Shown here in pieces: positions 47,289-58,513 of a DNA stretch of 64,000 nucleotides. The position numbers and the translations under genes were made by a program. Source of the DNA: Chloroflexota bacterium (GTDB lineage: Bacteria; Chloroflexota; Dehalococcoidia; Lucifugimonadales; JADFKI01); NCBI GenBank assembly GCA_027623195.1, contig JAQBUT010000010.1, forward strand, positions 1 through 64,000, read 5' to 3'. Each line of letters opens with the position of its first letter. Positions within the stretch are counted from its first letter, which is position 1. Below the pieces are notes generated by a model. That model had not been told where the DNA came from, made no database searches, and was given only the letters and a program-made list of their open reading frames with translations.

Positions 47289-48398
47289 CTAGTGTCGCGG
47301 GGTTGACTGCTGGGAACTTTCGTACTTGCGCGTGGACTTAGAGAACCGGCGCAGGAACGGTGGCAGGTCCAGCTCGCCACTGTCGCTCGCCAGGGCCTCC
47401 CTGAGCATTTGCGCGACGCCGTCCTCCTTTTCTTGGAGGCTTTCGGTCGTCGGGAAGCCTGTGGCGATGATAGTCAGTTTGATCTCGTTTTCCATCTTGA
47501 GGTCCGTTACCATGCCGAAGATTATATTGGCGTCGGGGTCCACTACTCTCTGAATGACCTCGGCGGCCTCATGCAGCTCTGAAAGCTTCAGATCGCTGCC
47601 TCCGGTAATGTTGAAAAGAATTCCTCGGGCTCCCTCTATGGATACATCCAGTAGCGGGTTGGTTATGGCCCGCTGTGCTGCCTCCCTTGAGCGATGCTCG
47701 CCTACGCCCCATCCGATGGACATCCAGGCCGGGCCCGAATCTCGCATGATGGCCTGAACGTCGGCGAAGTCCAGATTGATTTCCCCAGGTACTGTGACAA
47801 GCTCTGCGATGGATTGAACGCCCATACGCAAAACGTCATCTGCCATTTTGAATGCGTTTTCTGCGGTGATCTCTTCTTCGCAGATAACGTGGAGCCGTTC
47901 GTTGGGAATCACCAGCAGTGTATCGACATGCTGCCTTAGTCGGTTGATGCCTTCCTCGGCCTGTCGGCCGCGACGAACGCCCTCGAAGCTGAAGGGTCGC
48001 GTCACCACGCCCACTGTGAGGGCTCCGGTCTCCTTGGCAATCTGCGCTACAACGGGTGCCGCGCCGGTTCCGGTGCCGCCGCCCATTCCAGCCGCAACAA
48101 AGATCATGTCGGCGTCGCGAATAGCCTCGTAAAGCTCCTCGCGGCTCTCCTCAGCGGACTTCATACCAAGGTCGGGGTTTCCGCCCACGCCCTTACCGCC
48201 GGTGAGCTCGTCGCCCACACGGATCTTGAGAGGTACGTCGCATCGCACAAGTGCCTGCGCGTCCGTGTTCACCACCATGTATTCGACGGACGGCACCCTC
48301 TCGCGGAACATGCGCGAGACAGCGTTGGAACCACCACCACCTACACCGATCACCTTGATCCGCGCCATCCCATCGAGTTCCCTGTTGTTAACGGCCAT
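47289..48398 (-). CDS. ftsZ: Cell division protein FtsZ
   Basis: GVGGGG.NAV, GGGTGTG, NLDFADV, C-terminal LDLPPFLRR. Confidence 0.98.
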   Translation of the reverse strand: MAVNNRELDGMARIKVIGVGGGGSNAVSRMFRERVPSVEYMVVNTDAQALVRCDVPLKIRVGDELTGGKGVGGNPDLGMKSAEESREELYEAIRDADMIFVAAGMGGGTGTGAAPVVAQIAKETGALTVGVVTRPFSFEGVRRGRQAEEGINRLRQHVDTLLVIPNERLHVICEEEITAENAFKMADDVLRMGVQSIAELVTVPGEINLDFADVQAIMRDSGPAWMSIGWGVGEHRSREAAQRAITNPLLDVSIEGARGILFNITGGSDLKLSELHEAAEVIQRVVDPDANIIFGMVTDLKMENEIKLTIIATGFPTTESLQEKEDGVAQMLREALASDSGELDLPPFLRRFSKSTRKYESSQQSTPRH

Positions 48399-48532
48399 TG
48401 GATCCCCCCTTAATTATTTCCCGATAAAAGTGTGTCCTGGTCGCGCTCCGCGCCGATTGAAGCGAGACTTCGGACATTTCATTGCGTGAATTGAATACTG
48501 TTATGTCGTCGCTGACGGTTAGTTATAAAGGG

Positions 48533-49822
48533 TTATTTGCCATTCCTGCGGAACGGGTTGAAAAATCTTGATTTGCCTCCGCCTACCGACACGGGCTCTT
48601 TGGCATCGGCCCTGCTTCCATTAGCGTGGCCGTTGCGGCCATTGACTGCTCCATTGGCCGAACCAGCATCGCTAATTTGCCGGGCGCCCCACAGGAGGAC
48701 GCCGAATCCTGTTGAGTACGACGGCTGCTGCAGACCCAGCGGAATTTCCATGAAGCCGTTGGGAGCGGCGGTTCGGACGTTGCCGGTCAACGTTCGCTTG
48801 ATCATGTCTTCAAGCCCATCCATGTTGGACCCGCCGCCGGTTAGTACCAGGCGGAAGTTTTCAAAATCGGTGACGTCTGCGTTCTTCAGCGTGATCATAA
48901 TGAGTCGCATCAGTTCTTGAGCGCGTTCGCGTGTTAGCTGGCAAACGTCGCGGCGGGGCACTCGGAGACCGGCCACCCGTCCCAGAACAGGGAGGGTGAT
49001 CTCCTCGTGGGGCCGAACGGTGTCCGGCTCGGTGCTGCATTGGGTTATCTTGGCCTCCTCCGCAGCCTCGAAGGAGGTGTTGTAGGTCATACAAATATCG
49101 TTGGTGAACTGGTAGCCCCCAACCGGGATTACCGCTGAGTAAGATATGGTGCCGCCCTTGTACACGATTATGTCCGTGGTGCCGCCGCCGATATCAATTA
49201 CTGCCGCGCCGCGTGCCCGCTCTACAGGTGTCAAAACCGACTCGCTGCTGGCTATGGAGTCCAGAACAACGCCGTCTACTTTGACGCCAGCGCTCTCCAC
49301 TGCACGCACCAGCCTGTCCACTGCCATAGAAGATCCAGTCACCACGTGAGTTTCCACTTCGAGGCGGTTGGAGTGCATACCCATCGGGTCCTTGATGCCC
49401 TCCTCGCCGTCCAGTGAATAGCTGATGGGCAGAGCATGTAATACTTTGCGACCAATCTGCTGGCTTGCGTTGGCGACGGTTTCGGGGACTCTGCTTATGT
49501 CCTGATCCGTGATGACGCCGTGGGAGCCAACCCAGTCCAGCACGTCTCTACGGTTCTCGAATGAGATGTGCGTGCCAGTGATGCCGACAAATGCGGAGTT
49601 AATCTTGATGCCAGACTGCTTCTGCGCTTCCTCGACGGATTCGCGGATAGCTCGTTGGGCCTCGACAATATCTTCAATATTGCCTTTGGATAGCCCTTTG
49701 CACGGAACTACGCCGTGACCGAGGGCTTCAAAGTTCCCTGCATTGTCAACGCTGGCCACCAGCGTGAATATCTTCGTTGTCCCAACGTCGATAGCAGTGA
49801 TAATTCTGGACGATTGCATCAT
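48533..49822 (-). CDS. ftsA: Cell division protein FtsA
   Basis: IDVGTTK, DIGGGTTD, GG..FTNDI, LTGGG; directly upstream of ftsZ. Confidence 0.95.
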   Translation of the reverse strand: MMQSSRIITAIDVGTTKIFTLVASVDNAGNFEALGHGVVPCKGLSKGNIEDIVEAQRAIRESVEEAQKQSGIKINSAFVGITGTHISFENRRDVLDWVGSHGVITDQDISRVPETVANASQQIGRKVLHALPISYSLDGEEGIKDPMGMHSNRLEVETHVVTGSSMAVDRLVRAVESAGVKVDGVVLDSIASSESVLTPVERARGAAVIDIGGGTTDIIVYKGGTISYSAVIPVGGYQFTNDICMTYNTSFEAAEEAKITQCSTEPDTVRPHEEITLPVLGRVAGLRVPRRDVCQLTRERAQELMRLIMITLKNADVTDFENFRLVLTGGGSNMDGLEDMIKRTLTGNVRTAAPNGFMEIPLGLQQPSYSTGFGVLLWGARQISDAGSANGAVNGRNGHANGSRADAKEPVSVGGGKSRFFNPFRRNGK

Positions 49823-49856
49823 CACGGTCGCTCCATCATCTCGGTTCGTAAAATAT

Positions 49857-50777
49857 CTAAGTCCGTTCGACCACTCGTAGGCGAGCGCTTCGGCTACGAG
49901 GGTTGGCCGCGACTTCCTCATCTTTCGGTTTTATAACTCGGCGATTTACAAGACGTATCGATGCGGTGTGGCCACACACGCACTTTGGTGTCTCAGGAGG
50001 GCAGATGCAGTCCCGAGATTCCGTCCGAAAGGTTGTCTTGACTAGCCGGTCCTCCAGAGAGTGGTAGCTAATAATCGCGAGCCTTCCACCCTGTTCAAGA
50101 AGCTGTATGCCCTGTTCCAGTCCCGCTTCGACATTTTCCAGCTCTCCGTTCACTACCATTCGAATGGCCTGGAATGTTTTGGTAGCCGGGTGAATTCGTC
50201 CCCTGGGACGGCCCACCGACCTTGCCACCACGTCTGCGAGTTGGGTTGTTGTGCCCAGGGGGCGGGCGTAAACGATTCCCCTTGCAATGCGCCTGGAACC
50301 GCGCTCCTCTCCGTACTTATATATAGCGTTGGCTAAGTCCTGCTCCGAATATTCGTTTACCACATCGGCGGCCGTAACCGTTTGGCCTTCGTCGAATCGC
50401 ATGTCCAGCGGGGCCTCTTGCTGAAAGCTGAAACCCCTGTGTCCCTCGTTCAACTGAAGCGACGATATGCCCAGGTCCATCAGTACACCGTCAACATGAT
50501 CAATGCCGAGCGCGTTGACCACTGAGGTCATGTCAGCGTAGTTCCCTTGAACCAGCTCGACATACTGCTCAAATTCCTTCAGGCGACTGGAAGCGGCTTT
50601 GAGCGCGTCTGCGTCCAGGTCGAACCCAATCAGCCTGGGCGGAGGCGATACCGCTTTCAGTATGGACAGTGCGTGTCCGCCCTCTCCCGTGGTGCAGTCT
50701 ATGTATAGCCCGTCAGACTTCACTTGCAGGGCGGTAAGTACCTCTTCCACCATCACAGGTGTGTGATGAACGTCCAC
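49857..50777 (-). CDS. rsmH: 16S rRNA m4C1402 methyltransferase RsmH (MraW)
   Basis: HTPVM, DCT.G.GGH, DLG.SS.QL, HPATKTFQA.R, SYHSLEDR, NPRSRSA. Confidence 0.96.
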   Translation of the reverse strand: MDVHHTPVMVEEVLTALQVKSDGLYIDCTTGEGGHALSILKAVSPPPRLIGFDLDADALKAASSRLKEFEQYVELVQGNYADMTSVVNALGIDHVDGVLMDLGISSLQLNEGHRGFSFQQEAPLDMRFDEGQTVTAADVVNEYSEQDLANAIYKYGEERGSRRIARGIVYARPLGTTTQLADVVARSVGRPRGRIHPATKTFQAIRMVVNGELENVEAGLEQGIQLLEQGGRLAIISYHSLEDRLVKTTFRTESRDCICPPETPKCVCGHTASIRLVNRRVIKPKDEEVAANPRSRSARLRVVERT

Positions 50778-51026
50778 CGCGAATCACCAGCGGCCCCGAA
50801 TTGCAGCTTGTTTCGCCGCCGGGCCTCTCACTCTCTCTACGGTCGGCCCCGGTGGTAGGCCTTGGAGAGCCAATCGTGGTAAAATACGCTCGGTGCAAGG
50901 TGTCTTCCAGCACTCCAGTGGGTTGAGTTTGCCAAAGGATTCAATACACTCGCAAGGGTATTTTGGGCATCTCTTTTAAGCAAAATTAAACATACGAATT
51001 TAAGTCTATGAGCGCAGTGGTTAAAT

Positions 51027-51518
51027 ATGGCTGACGACAATTTCAGATTGGGCATCCTGACTATTAGCGACACCGGTTCCAAGGGCCAAAGGCAGGACAC
51101 CAGCGGCGATGCTATTAGCGAGATGATGGCCCGCGAAGGATTCGTGGAGGTTGTACGCGAAATCGTGCCTGACGAACAAGACATCATTTCAGCAAAACTG
51201 AAGGAGTGGTGCGACGGCGGTACGCTAGATCTGGTGCTTACGACTGGTGGCACCGGCCTGGGTCCACGAGACGTCACACCAGAGGCGACCCGCGAGGTGC
51301 TGGACATCGAGGTGCCTGGCATAGCAGAAGCGATGCGGATACAAACCCTGAAGAACACGCCCCTCGCCATGCTGAGCCGGTCTATGGCAGGGGTACGCTC
51401 CGGCTGCATGATAGTCAACCTGCCCGGCAGCGAGAAGGCAGTGCGCGAGACGCTGGCCGTGGCCGTGGAGGCGATCCCTCACGGCCTGCAAATGCTCAAG
51501 GGCTGGCGGATGCACTAG
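51027..51518 (+). CDS. mog: Molybdopterin adenylyltransferase MogA/MoaB
   Basis: [31 protein letters not shown]. Confidence 0.92.
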   Translation: MADDNFRLGILTISDTGSKGQRQDTSGDAISEMMAREGFVEVVREIVPDEQDIISAKLKEWCDGGTLDLVLTTGGTGLGPRDVTPEATREVLDIEVPGIAEAMRIQTLKNTPLAMLSRSMAGVRSGCMIVNLPGSEKAVRETLAVAVEAIPHGLQMLKGWRMH

Positions 51519-52264
51519 TGGCAGATTCGCCAGTTATCCGCTTCCACGTCTTTACGCTTTTTCCCGGCATGTTCGCGGGTCCTACGTCCGAAAGCATCAT
51601 CGCCAGGGCTCAGGAGAAGGGTCTGGTAGAGCTTAACCTGTACGACATTCGCGAGCACGCCCATGACCGGCATAGGTCGGTTGACGACTACCCCTTCGGC
51701 GGCGGCTACGGCATGGTCATGAAGCCAGAACCACTATTCGAAGCCGTGGAGGCGCTGAAGTCAGATGCCTCGTTGCCCGCGAGCACGCCGATCATTCTGC
51801 TTACCCCCCAGGGCAGACCTCTTACGCAGACCGTAGTGGAAGAGCTTGGGACGAAGCCCGAACTGGCGCTGATCTGCGGCCGTTACGAGGGCGTGGACGA
51901 GCGTATACGGCAGCACCTGGTTACTGATGAGATTAGTCTGGGCGATTTCGTGCTCAGCGGCGGAGAGCTGGCGGCAATGGCATTGATTGACGCCGTGACC
52001 AGGCTCGTCCCGGGAGTTCTGGGCTCCATCGAGTCCGCCATGGACGACTCTTTTACCACGAGACTGCTGCAGTACCCACAGTACACAAGGCCAGCTGAGT
52101 TTCGCAACTGGAACGTTCCTGACGTGCTGCTTTCCGGCAACCATGCTGAGATCGAGCGCTGGCGTCGCCAGGAGAGCCTGCGCCGCACCAAAGAGCGTCG
52201 ACCAGACCTGCTGGACGCTGCTCCGCTCACCGACGAAGACAGGAAGCTACTCGAAGGTCTATAA
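51518..52264 (+). CDS. trmD: tRNA (guanine37-N1) methyltransferase
   Basis: [43 protein letters not shown] start overlaps the mog stop. Confidence 0.96.
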   Translation: MADSPVIRFHVFTLFPGMFAGPTSESIIARAQEKGLVELNLYDIREHAHDRHRSVDDYPFGGGYGMVMKPEPLFEAVEALKSDASLPASTPIILLTPQGRPLTQTVVEELGTKPELALICGRYEGVDERIRQHLVTDEISLGDFVLSGGELAAMALIDAVTRLVPGVLGSIESAMDDSFTTRLLQYPQYTRPAEFRNWNVPDVLLSGNHAEIERWRRQESLRRTKERRPDLLDAAPLTDEDRKLLEGL

Positions 52265-52382
52265 TGGCGGACGCGGCTAGAAGTAGGGGTTGCCGAGAAT
52301 GTTGGGGCTTGTAATGTGCGGTCGTGTATGTCACGCCATGTCGGAACCCGTAGCTTAACGTTGCTGGTAGAGCAGGTATTTC

Positions 52383-52459
52383 ACCCTCACCTCAATCCTC
52401 TCCCTCAGGGAGAGGAGGTTATCCCTCCCTCGCGGTGCGGGGAGATTAGGTTGGGGGTT
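52383..52459. repeat. REP-like family C composite palindrome
   Basis: ACCCTCACCTCAATCCTCTCCCTCAGGGAGAGG...GGGGAGATTAGGTTGGGGGT. Confidence 0.65.
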
Positions 52460-52521
52460 CGGGCCTAGCCCGGAAATCGGCGTCCGCGATTATCCGCGCG
52501 CGGCTCTGCATGGATATAATT

Positions 52522-53637
52522 ATGAAGATTACTGACATAAAAATCGAAGTTGTCAGACGAGAGATACCCGACACCGGCCTGGACTCGGACATGGGTCGGT
52601 TCGCCGGCACCACCGAGCAGGGCGTGTTGCGCGTCTTCACCGACGAGGGGATTGAAGGCAACTGCTTTGTCGGCGAGTTTCGCCAGGGCGGTGGCAGGGA
52701 CTTCGATCACATACTCAAGACGCTGAAACCGCAGCTAATAGGCCGAGACCCTTCCGAGCGCGAGTGGCTCTGGAGCCGCCTGGAGATTCTTGACCGCCGC
52801 CGCGCGCTCTCCATGTCCGCATGGGCCGCCGTGGACGTGGCGCTCTGGGACATCTCCGGCAAGCAGGCCGGTGTGCCTATTTACAAGCTGTTGGGCGCTC
52901 AGCGCAATGAGATAGAGCCCTACGCCACATATCCACCCAGGCACGAGTCGCCGGATGGCTATATTCGTGAAGCGGAGGAGATAGTTTCGAAGGGCTTTCG
53001 AGCGTACAAGATACATCCGGGCGTCATGAGTAGCAGGGACGTTCAGGAGATGGTGGCTGGCGTGCGTCAGGCCGTTGGCGACGACATGACACTGATGCTG
53101 GACCCCAACAATGGCTACGACTTCCGAAAGGCCCTGGAGATAGGCCGTGCTCTGGATGACAACGGCTTCTTCTGGTTCGAGGACCCGGTACCCTGGCACG
53201 ACTACGACGCTATCGTCGGCCTCAGCAGCCGCCTGGACACCCCACTCTGCATGAGCGACGCCGCACCGCAACAGTTTCAATACGGCGCTCATATGATCCG
53301 GCTGGAGGCGTTGCGTCTGGTCCGGGGCACTGCGCGAAAGCTTGGCATCACCGGACTAAAGAAGCTATGCTCAATGGCTGAAGGCTTCGGCATGAACTGC
53401 GAGATAGGAACGGCGGGAAACTCCTTTATGAATGCCGCCAACCTTCACGTTATCTTCTCCGTGGCCAACTGTGATTATTTCGAAAACTGGATGCCTCTGG
53501 CGGCTCACCAGTTCGGTTTCGTCGAGGACATACAGCGGAACAGCAGCGGCGTCATAGAGGCGCCGACGCTACCCGGTATCGGCTACAGGATTGACTGGGA
53601 ATGGATAAAAGCCAACACAGTGGCGGTACTGGACTAG
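52522..53637 (+). CDS. Mandelate racemase / muconate lactonizing enzyme family protein
   Basis: VDVALWD..GK, YKIH, LMLD, WFEDP, P..PG.G. Confidence 0.9.
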   Translation: MKITDIKIEVVRREIPDTGLDSDMGRFAGTTEQGVLRVFTDEGIEGNCFVGEFRQGGGRDFDHILKTLKPQLIGRDPSEREWLWSRLEILDRRRALSMSAWAAVDVALWDISGKQAGVPIYKLLGAQRNEIEPYATYPPRHESPDGYIREAEEIVSKGFRAYKIHPGVMSSRDVQEMVAGVRQAVGDDMTLMLDPNNGYDFRKALEIGRALDDNGFFWFEDPVPWHDYDAIVGLSSRLDTPLCMSDAAPQQFQYGAHMIRLEALRLVRGTARKLGITGLKKLCSMAEGFGMNCEIGTAGNSFMNAANLHVIFSVANCDYFENWMPLAAHQFGFVEDIQRNSSGVIEAPTLPGIGYRIDWEWIKANTVAVLD

Positions 53638-53691
53638 GTTGGCTCGCAATGTTAGGAACGTAAGGCTGCGTTCAGAAATGGTAGTCGCTAT

Positions 53692-54333
53692 TTGACACAA
53701 AAACCGGTGGAGCACGCAAACAGGATCAGGTGGGTCTACGCCTCGCAAGACAATACCGACCTGACCGAACGCTACGAAGACTGGGCCAAGGAATACGACC
53801 GCGACCTTATCGAGCAGTTCGGCTACGTTGGGCCGCGCGTGGCCACTGAGCAGTTTCAGCTTTACGTGCCCAAAAACGGCAAGGTGCTGGACGCTGGTGC
53901 CGGCACTGGAATGGTCGGGCAGGAGCTTTACAGGCTGGGGTACCATGACATCGAGGCTATAGACATCTCACGCGCAATGCTGGACGAGGCCCGGCGCAAA
54001 AACGTCTACGGCAAGCTGCACGAGATGGTTATGGGCGAGAAGCTTGATTTCCCAACCAACCACTTCGACGCGACCATATGCGTGGGGACTCTGACGGTAG
54101 GCCACGCTGGCCCTGAGGCTCTAGAAGAGCTTGTGCGGGTTACCCGGCCCGGCGGTCACATCGTGTTCATGTTGCGCGCCGACCTGTACCTTAGCGACGG
54201 CTTTCGAGAGAAGCAGGACGACCTGGAGTTCTCCGAGATATGGTGGCCGGTCAGCGTTACTGATCGATTTCAGGCCCTTCCCATTGGTGAGCCGGACCTG
54301 TATCACCAGGTCTGGACCTACATGGTGACGTAG
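53692..54333 (+). CDS. Class I SAM-dependent methyltransferase
   Basis: Y..WA..YD, LDAGAGTG, DIS..ML, RVTRPGG. Confidence 0.88.
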   Translation: MTQKPVEHANRIRWVYASQDNTDLTERYEDWAKEYDRDLIEQFGYVGPRVATEQFQLYVPKNGKVLDAGAGTGMVGQELYRLGYHDIEAIDISRAMLDEARRKNVYGKLHEMVMGEKLDFPTNHFDATICVGTLTVGHAGPEALEELVRVTRPGGHIVFMLRADLYLSDGFREKQDDLEFSEIWWPVSVTDRFQALPIGEPDLYHQVWTYMVT

Positions 54334-54357
54334 GGGCTGCCTTCGCATCATTCGCCC

Positions 54358-55467
54358 ATGCCAGAGGAAAGTATGACCTTAGACTCAGCACAACCTTCGG
54401 ATAGCGACCAAAAGCTTAAGTTCGACTGGCGTGATCTGCCTGCCGTTACCGCGCACCTTCCGGGCACAGGCGGCCGAATCCGCTCCGAGATCGAAGACTT
54501 CGTGGTGACGGAGCTTCCGAGCTACCTGCCTTCCGGCGCCGGTGATCACGTTTATGCCTACGTCGAGAAGCGCGGCCTGGCCACCATGGACCTGGTTAGG
54601 CACCTCCAGAGGCAGGGTGTTCCTGAGCGAGACGTGGGATTCGCAGGTCAGAAGGACAAGTACGCCGTGGCCCGCCAGTGGCTCAGCGTACATCAGCAAT
54701 ACTCTTCCCAACTGGAGTCACTGGCTGATGTGGAAGGCGTGGAGGTCTTGGAGCTGTCCCATCACCGCAACAAGCTGGGCCTGGGACACCTGCGTGGCAA
54801 CTCTTTTGAGTTAAGGGTGCGGGAGCCGGTGTCGGACTGGCAGCCCAGGGCGGAGGCCATCGTTGCCCATCTGCAAACCGTAGGCCTGCCAAACTACTTT
54901 GGTCCGCAGAGGTTCGGACACTTCAACACAAACGCTTCCGACGCCGTGCGGCTCATACGCGGCGAGCGCGTGCAAGGCGGTCGGCAGATGCATAAGTTCT
55001 ACCGTTCCGCGTTGCAATCGCATATATTCAACACGCTGCTCAAGCTGCGTATGGAGGGCGGTAACTACGGCGGCATCATCTCCGGCGACATGGCGCAGAA
55101 GCACGAAACTGGCGGCACGTTCATCGTAGATGACCCTGCAGCAGAATCGGTTCGTGCCCAGGCTATGGAGATCAGCGCAGTGCTTCCTATGTTCGGCAAA
55201 AAGGTCAAGCCCAGCGTTGGCCTGGCCGGTGAGATGGAGGCTGGCGTTCTGGCTGAGCTTCAACTGGAGTGGCAGGACTTCCGTGCGGCGCACGGTGCAC
55301 GGCGAACCAGCCGTGTCAAGCTGGAAGATGTCAGCCTAACGCCCGCCGAGGAAGGCTACCTGGTCAGCTTTACGCTTCCCAAAGGCTCCTACGCTACCTG
55401 CCTCATGCGAGAGCTGACGAAGGTGGAAGAGACTCCCAACAGCCCTAGTGAAAGCGTCGGAGTATAA
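54358..55467 (+). CDS. truD: tRNA pseudouridine13 synthase TruD
   Basis: [36 protein letters not shown]. Confidence 0.94.
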   Translation: MPEESMTLDSAQPSDSDQKLKFDWRDLPAVTAHLPGTGGRIRSEIEDFVVTELPSYLPSGAGDHVYAYVEKRGLATMDLVRHLQRQGVPERDVGFAGQKDKYAVARQWLSVHQQYSSQLESLADVEGVEVLELSHHRNKLGLGHLRGNSFELRVREPVSDWQPRAEAIVAHLQTVGLPNYFGPQRFGHFNTNASDAVRLIRGERVQGGRQMHKFYRSALQSHIFNTLLKLRMEGGNYGGIISGDMAQKHETGGTFIVDDPAAESVRAQAMEISAVLPMFGKKVKPSVGLAGEMEAGVLAELQLEWQDFRAAHGARRTSRVKLEDVSLTPAEEGYLVSFTLPKGSYATCLMRELTKVEETPNSPSESVGV

Positions 55468-55513
55468 TTCGGCTCGTAGGCCATATTTCATCCCGCTGGA
55501 GATAAGTAAAACA

Positions 55514-56494
55514 ATGTACGTGGGCACGCAGTTACAGGCACGCACGGACGATGACTACAGAGTGTTCGCTCAGCTGGGACTGGAACACATATGCGGATAC
55601 CCTCCTGGCCCTGCGGAAGAGTGGAATGCAGGACTATTGAAAAATTACAGAGAGCACGTCGAATCCTTTGGTTTGACGCTGGACTTCATACCGTTGCCTC
55701 TGTCCTCCCACGAGATATCCAGGGCCGAGAATCCACACATCATGCTTGGTAAAAGTCCAGAACGTGACCGTGAAATAGAAAGCATTTGCAACCTCATTCG
55801 GGCGTGCGGGGAGGCGGGCATACCGGCGGTGAAGTACAACATGACGCTGCTGGGAGTGGTCACCACCGACCATGTAGATTGGCGCGGCGGCTCCAAGACG
55901 CGCTACTTCAACTTCGACGAAACGGCGCAGGAGCCGGTGCAGACAATCGCCGGTCCTGTGGATGCCGACACCATGTGGGAGCGAATCGACTACTTTCTGG
56001 AGCGCGTGGTGCCCGTTGCAGAGGAGAACCGCATTCGTATGGCACTGCACCCCCACGACCCTGGAATGCCCCGTCCAGGCGGGTTTCGAGGGGTTGACAG
56101 GGTGTTGGGTAGCGTCGAGGGCATAAAGAAGTTCGTGTCGCTGCACGAGAGCCCGTACCACGGCCTGAACTTCTGCCAGGGCACCGTGTCCGAGATGTTG
56201 GAGAAGCCGGGCGAGGAAATATACGACGTCATACGCTACTTCGGCGAGCGCAAGAAGATATTCAACGTCCACTTCCGCAACATCATAGGCGGCTTCCTGA
56301 ACTTCACGGAGACCTACATCGACGACGGCGACGTGGACATGCATAAGGCGGTGCAGACCTACAAAGAGGTCGGCTACCCCTACATGCTCATGCCCGACCA
56401 CGTTCCGGAAATGTCCGGCGAGAATTCTCGGTTAGTTGGCTTTGCTTATACCTACGGCTACATCCGTGCGCTCATAGACGGGGTTAGCCGGTAG
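55514..56494 (+). CDS. uxuA: Mannonate dehydratase (UxuA) family
   Basis: LHPHDP, GLNFCQG, NVHFRN, E...DDG, PDHVP; substrate may differ. Confidence 0.8.
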   Translation: MYVGTQLQARTDDDYRVFAQLGLEHICGYPPGPAEEWNAGLLKNYREHVESFGLTLDFIPLPLSSHEISRAENPHIMLGKSPERDREIESICNLIRACGEAGIPAVKYNMTLLGVVTTDHVDWRGGSKTRYFNFDETAQEPVQTIAGPVDADTMWERIDYFLERVVPVAEENRIRMALHPHDPGMPRPGGFRGVDRVLGSVEGIKKFVSLHESPYHGLNFCQGTVSEMLEKPGEEIYDVIRYFGERKKIFNVHFRNIIGGFLNFTETYIDDGDVDMHKAVQTYKEVGYPYMLMPDHVPEMSGENSRLVGFAYTYGYIRALIDGVSR

Positions 56495-56503
56495 GCCAAG
56501 GCC

Positions 56504-57553
56504 CTACAACATCGCCTCGTTAAGCTGCACGCCGAAGCCGGGAGCGTCATTAGGCGTGATGTAGCCGTCCTTGGGAGCGGGCTCGTTTAGCCACAGGATG
56601 TCGCGCTCATCACGGATGTGGTCCGAGTGGAACTCGGCCAGGTCAGCGCAGTTCGTTGCCGTCAGCAGGTGCAGACCCCAGACCTCACCCCCTCTATGCG
56701 GCGATACAGGGATTCCCAGCTCGTAGGCCATCTTCACGATGCGCAGGCCTGCGGTGATGCCGCCGCACCAGGTGATGTCCGGTTGCCACAGGTCCAGCGC
56801 GCCTGTCTTCGCGATGTCCCCGAAACCGACATGTGTAAACTCGTGCTCACCGCCGGCAATCAGCGTGTCGTTTACGTGGCCGCGTAGGGCTGCCTGCCCC
56901 TCTAGGTCGTCGGGCGTTAACACATCTTCGAACCAGTACAGGTTGTGCCGCGCCAGCCTTTTGCCCATCTCCAGCGTAACGTCTGTATCCCAGGACATGT
57001 ACGTGTCGATGGCCAGCATAGCGTCAGGCCCGAAAAGCTCCCGAGCCTTTGTCGCTGCTGCGTCTGCGACTTCGTAATCAGACTCCCTGCCGGTCCAGCG
57101 GTGAGCGAATTTGTGGGCCGTGTAGCCCAGATCGGCGTAAAGCTCCGAATCCTGACCCGTGGCGTAGGCCCGAGACCGCTCCTGACGAGCGCCGCCCAGT
57201 ACCTCGTACACCGGTTTGGCCTCCGCCTTGCCTAGTAGGTCGTACAGGGCTAAATCGACTCCGCTCAGGGCCATGATGGCCAGCCCTTTGCGGCCATATG
57301 GCATGGATGCGTCGTAAAGCATGTCCCATATGGCCGTCACATCGTCAATACCATGGACATTCTGTCCAACCAGCAACTCCCGGTAGTGCCCATTGACGAT
57401 TTCGACACCCGCAACGCCCCCGCCGCCGTAACCCAGACCTGCCACGCCCCCGTCTGTTTCCACGCGCACGACGATTTGCCAAAACTGCGTTCGCCACGAA
57501 GGGACTACGTGACGGTACTTGGGATAGACGGCTTTGACGTCTGTGATCTTCAT
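56504..57553 (-). CDS. Enolase-superfamily dehydratase (L-rhamnonate dehydratase-like)
   Basis: YGRKG, DLALYD, D.YM, WFED, GGEHE, QPDITWCGG, SPH. Confidence 0.85.
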   Translation of the reverse strand: MKITDVKAVYPKYRHVVPSWRTQFWQIVVRVETDGGVAGLGYGGGGVAGVEIVNGHYRELLVGQNVHGIDDVTAIWDMLYDASMPYGRKGLAIMALSGVDLALYDLLGKAEAKPVYEVLGGARQERSRAYATGQDSELYADLGYTAHKFAHRWTGRESDYEVADAAATKARELFGPDAMLAIDTYMSWDTDVTLEMGKRLARHNLYWFEDVLTPDDLEGQAALRGHVNDTLIAGGEHEFTHVGFGDIAKTGALDLWQPDITWCGGITAGLRIVKMAYELGIPVSPHRGGEVWGLHLLTATNCADLAEFHSDHIRDERDILWLNEPAPKDGYITPNDAPGFGVQLNEAML

Positions 57554-57715
57554 TTTTCGCCTCTTTGGAGAATTGGTGGCCTAATGCTACACGTGGTATA
57601 GCAGGCGGGCAATATCAACACAGGTCAACCGCTACCCTGTGGTATCATCAGCAGGCCAACACCGGTCTCGCCGGGTTGGCGGCGAACGTCTTCTAGAGGG
57701 GCGAAAGGACTGCCC

Positions 57716-58513
57716 ATGTCGTACGAAAACATACTCACGGAGGTTCGTGGACGGGTCGGAATCATCATGTTGAACCAGCCTGAGAAGCTCAACCCAATGT
57801 CCAACGAAATGCAGCGTGAGAAGATAGACCAGGTCCGAAAATGGAATGATGATCCGACGGTTGGAGCCATCGTCATTACCGGTGCGGGACGCGGATTCTG
57901 CTCCGGCGCAGATATCGCCAAATTCGAAGCAGCCGTAGAACACGGGCTGGACAGCATGCCGTTGTTAAGTGCCGACGTTGAATGGCTAAATCTTGCGCGT
58001 GATTCCAAACCCATCATTTGCGCCGTAAATGGCTTGGCAGTCGGGCTCGGCGTGACCTTCACTCTGCCTTGCGACGTGCGAGTGGCGTCTACCGATGCCC
58101 GCTTCTCCTTCCGATTCGCTGGTATTGGGCTGACCCCGGAATACGGTAGCACCCACTTTCTGCCGCACCTCGTGGGCTTGGGCAAGACTTTGGAGCTTAT
58201 GCTCAGCGCCCGTTTCGTGGAGGCGCAGGAGGCGTTAGACATGGGCCTGGTGAACCAGGTCTTCCCCCCTGAAGAGTTGTTGGACCGCGCCGTGAAACTG
58301 GCGGAAGAGATGGCCCAAAACCCCGACTGGCAACTGCGTAAGATCAAGCGGCTAATACACGAGAACTACCTGGAGCGTGATTTATCGCTAGTCATACGTC
58401 ACGAGCGCGAAACTTTTCGGGAGGCGCAGGACACGGAGGCGCACAAAGAGGCGTTGCTGGCTTTTCGCGAACGCAGGAAACCGAACTTCCACCCTGAGGG
58501 GGATTCGATATGA
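57716..58513 (+). CDS. Enoyl-CoA hydratase/isomerase family protein
   Basis: FCSGAD, KP.I.AVNG.A.G.G, GLTPE.G, AF.ERR.P.F. Confidence 0.9.
   Translation: MSYENILTEVRGRVGIIMLNQPEKLNPMSNEMQREKIDQVRKWNDDPTVGAIVITGAGRGFCSGADIAKFEAAVEHGLDSMPLLSADVEWLNLARDSKPIICAVNGLAVGLGVTFTLPCDVRVASTDARFSFRFAGIGLTPEYGSTHFLPHLVGLGKTLELMLSARFVEAQEALDMGLVNQVFPPEELLDRAVKLAEEMAQNPDWQLRKIKRLIHENYLERDLSLVIRHERETFREAQDTEAHKEALLAFRERRKPNFHPEGDSI

Noticed and set aside
50713..50913. 66-aa ORF upstream of rsmH as an mraZ remnant
   Set aside because: No MraZ motifs (DxKGR repeats) and it overlaps rsmH out of frame
51206..51517. Apparent 104-aa N-terminal fusion on TrmD
   Set aside because: Alternate frame of mog; TrmD starts at GTG 51518
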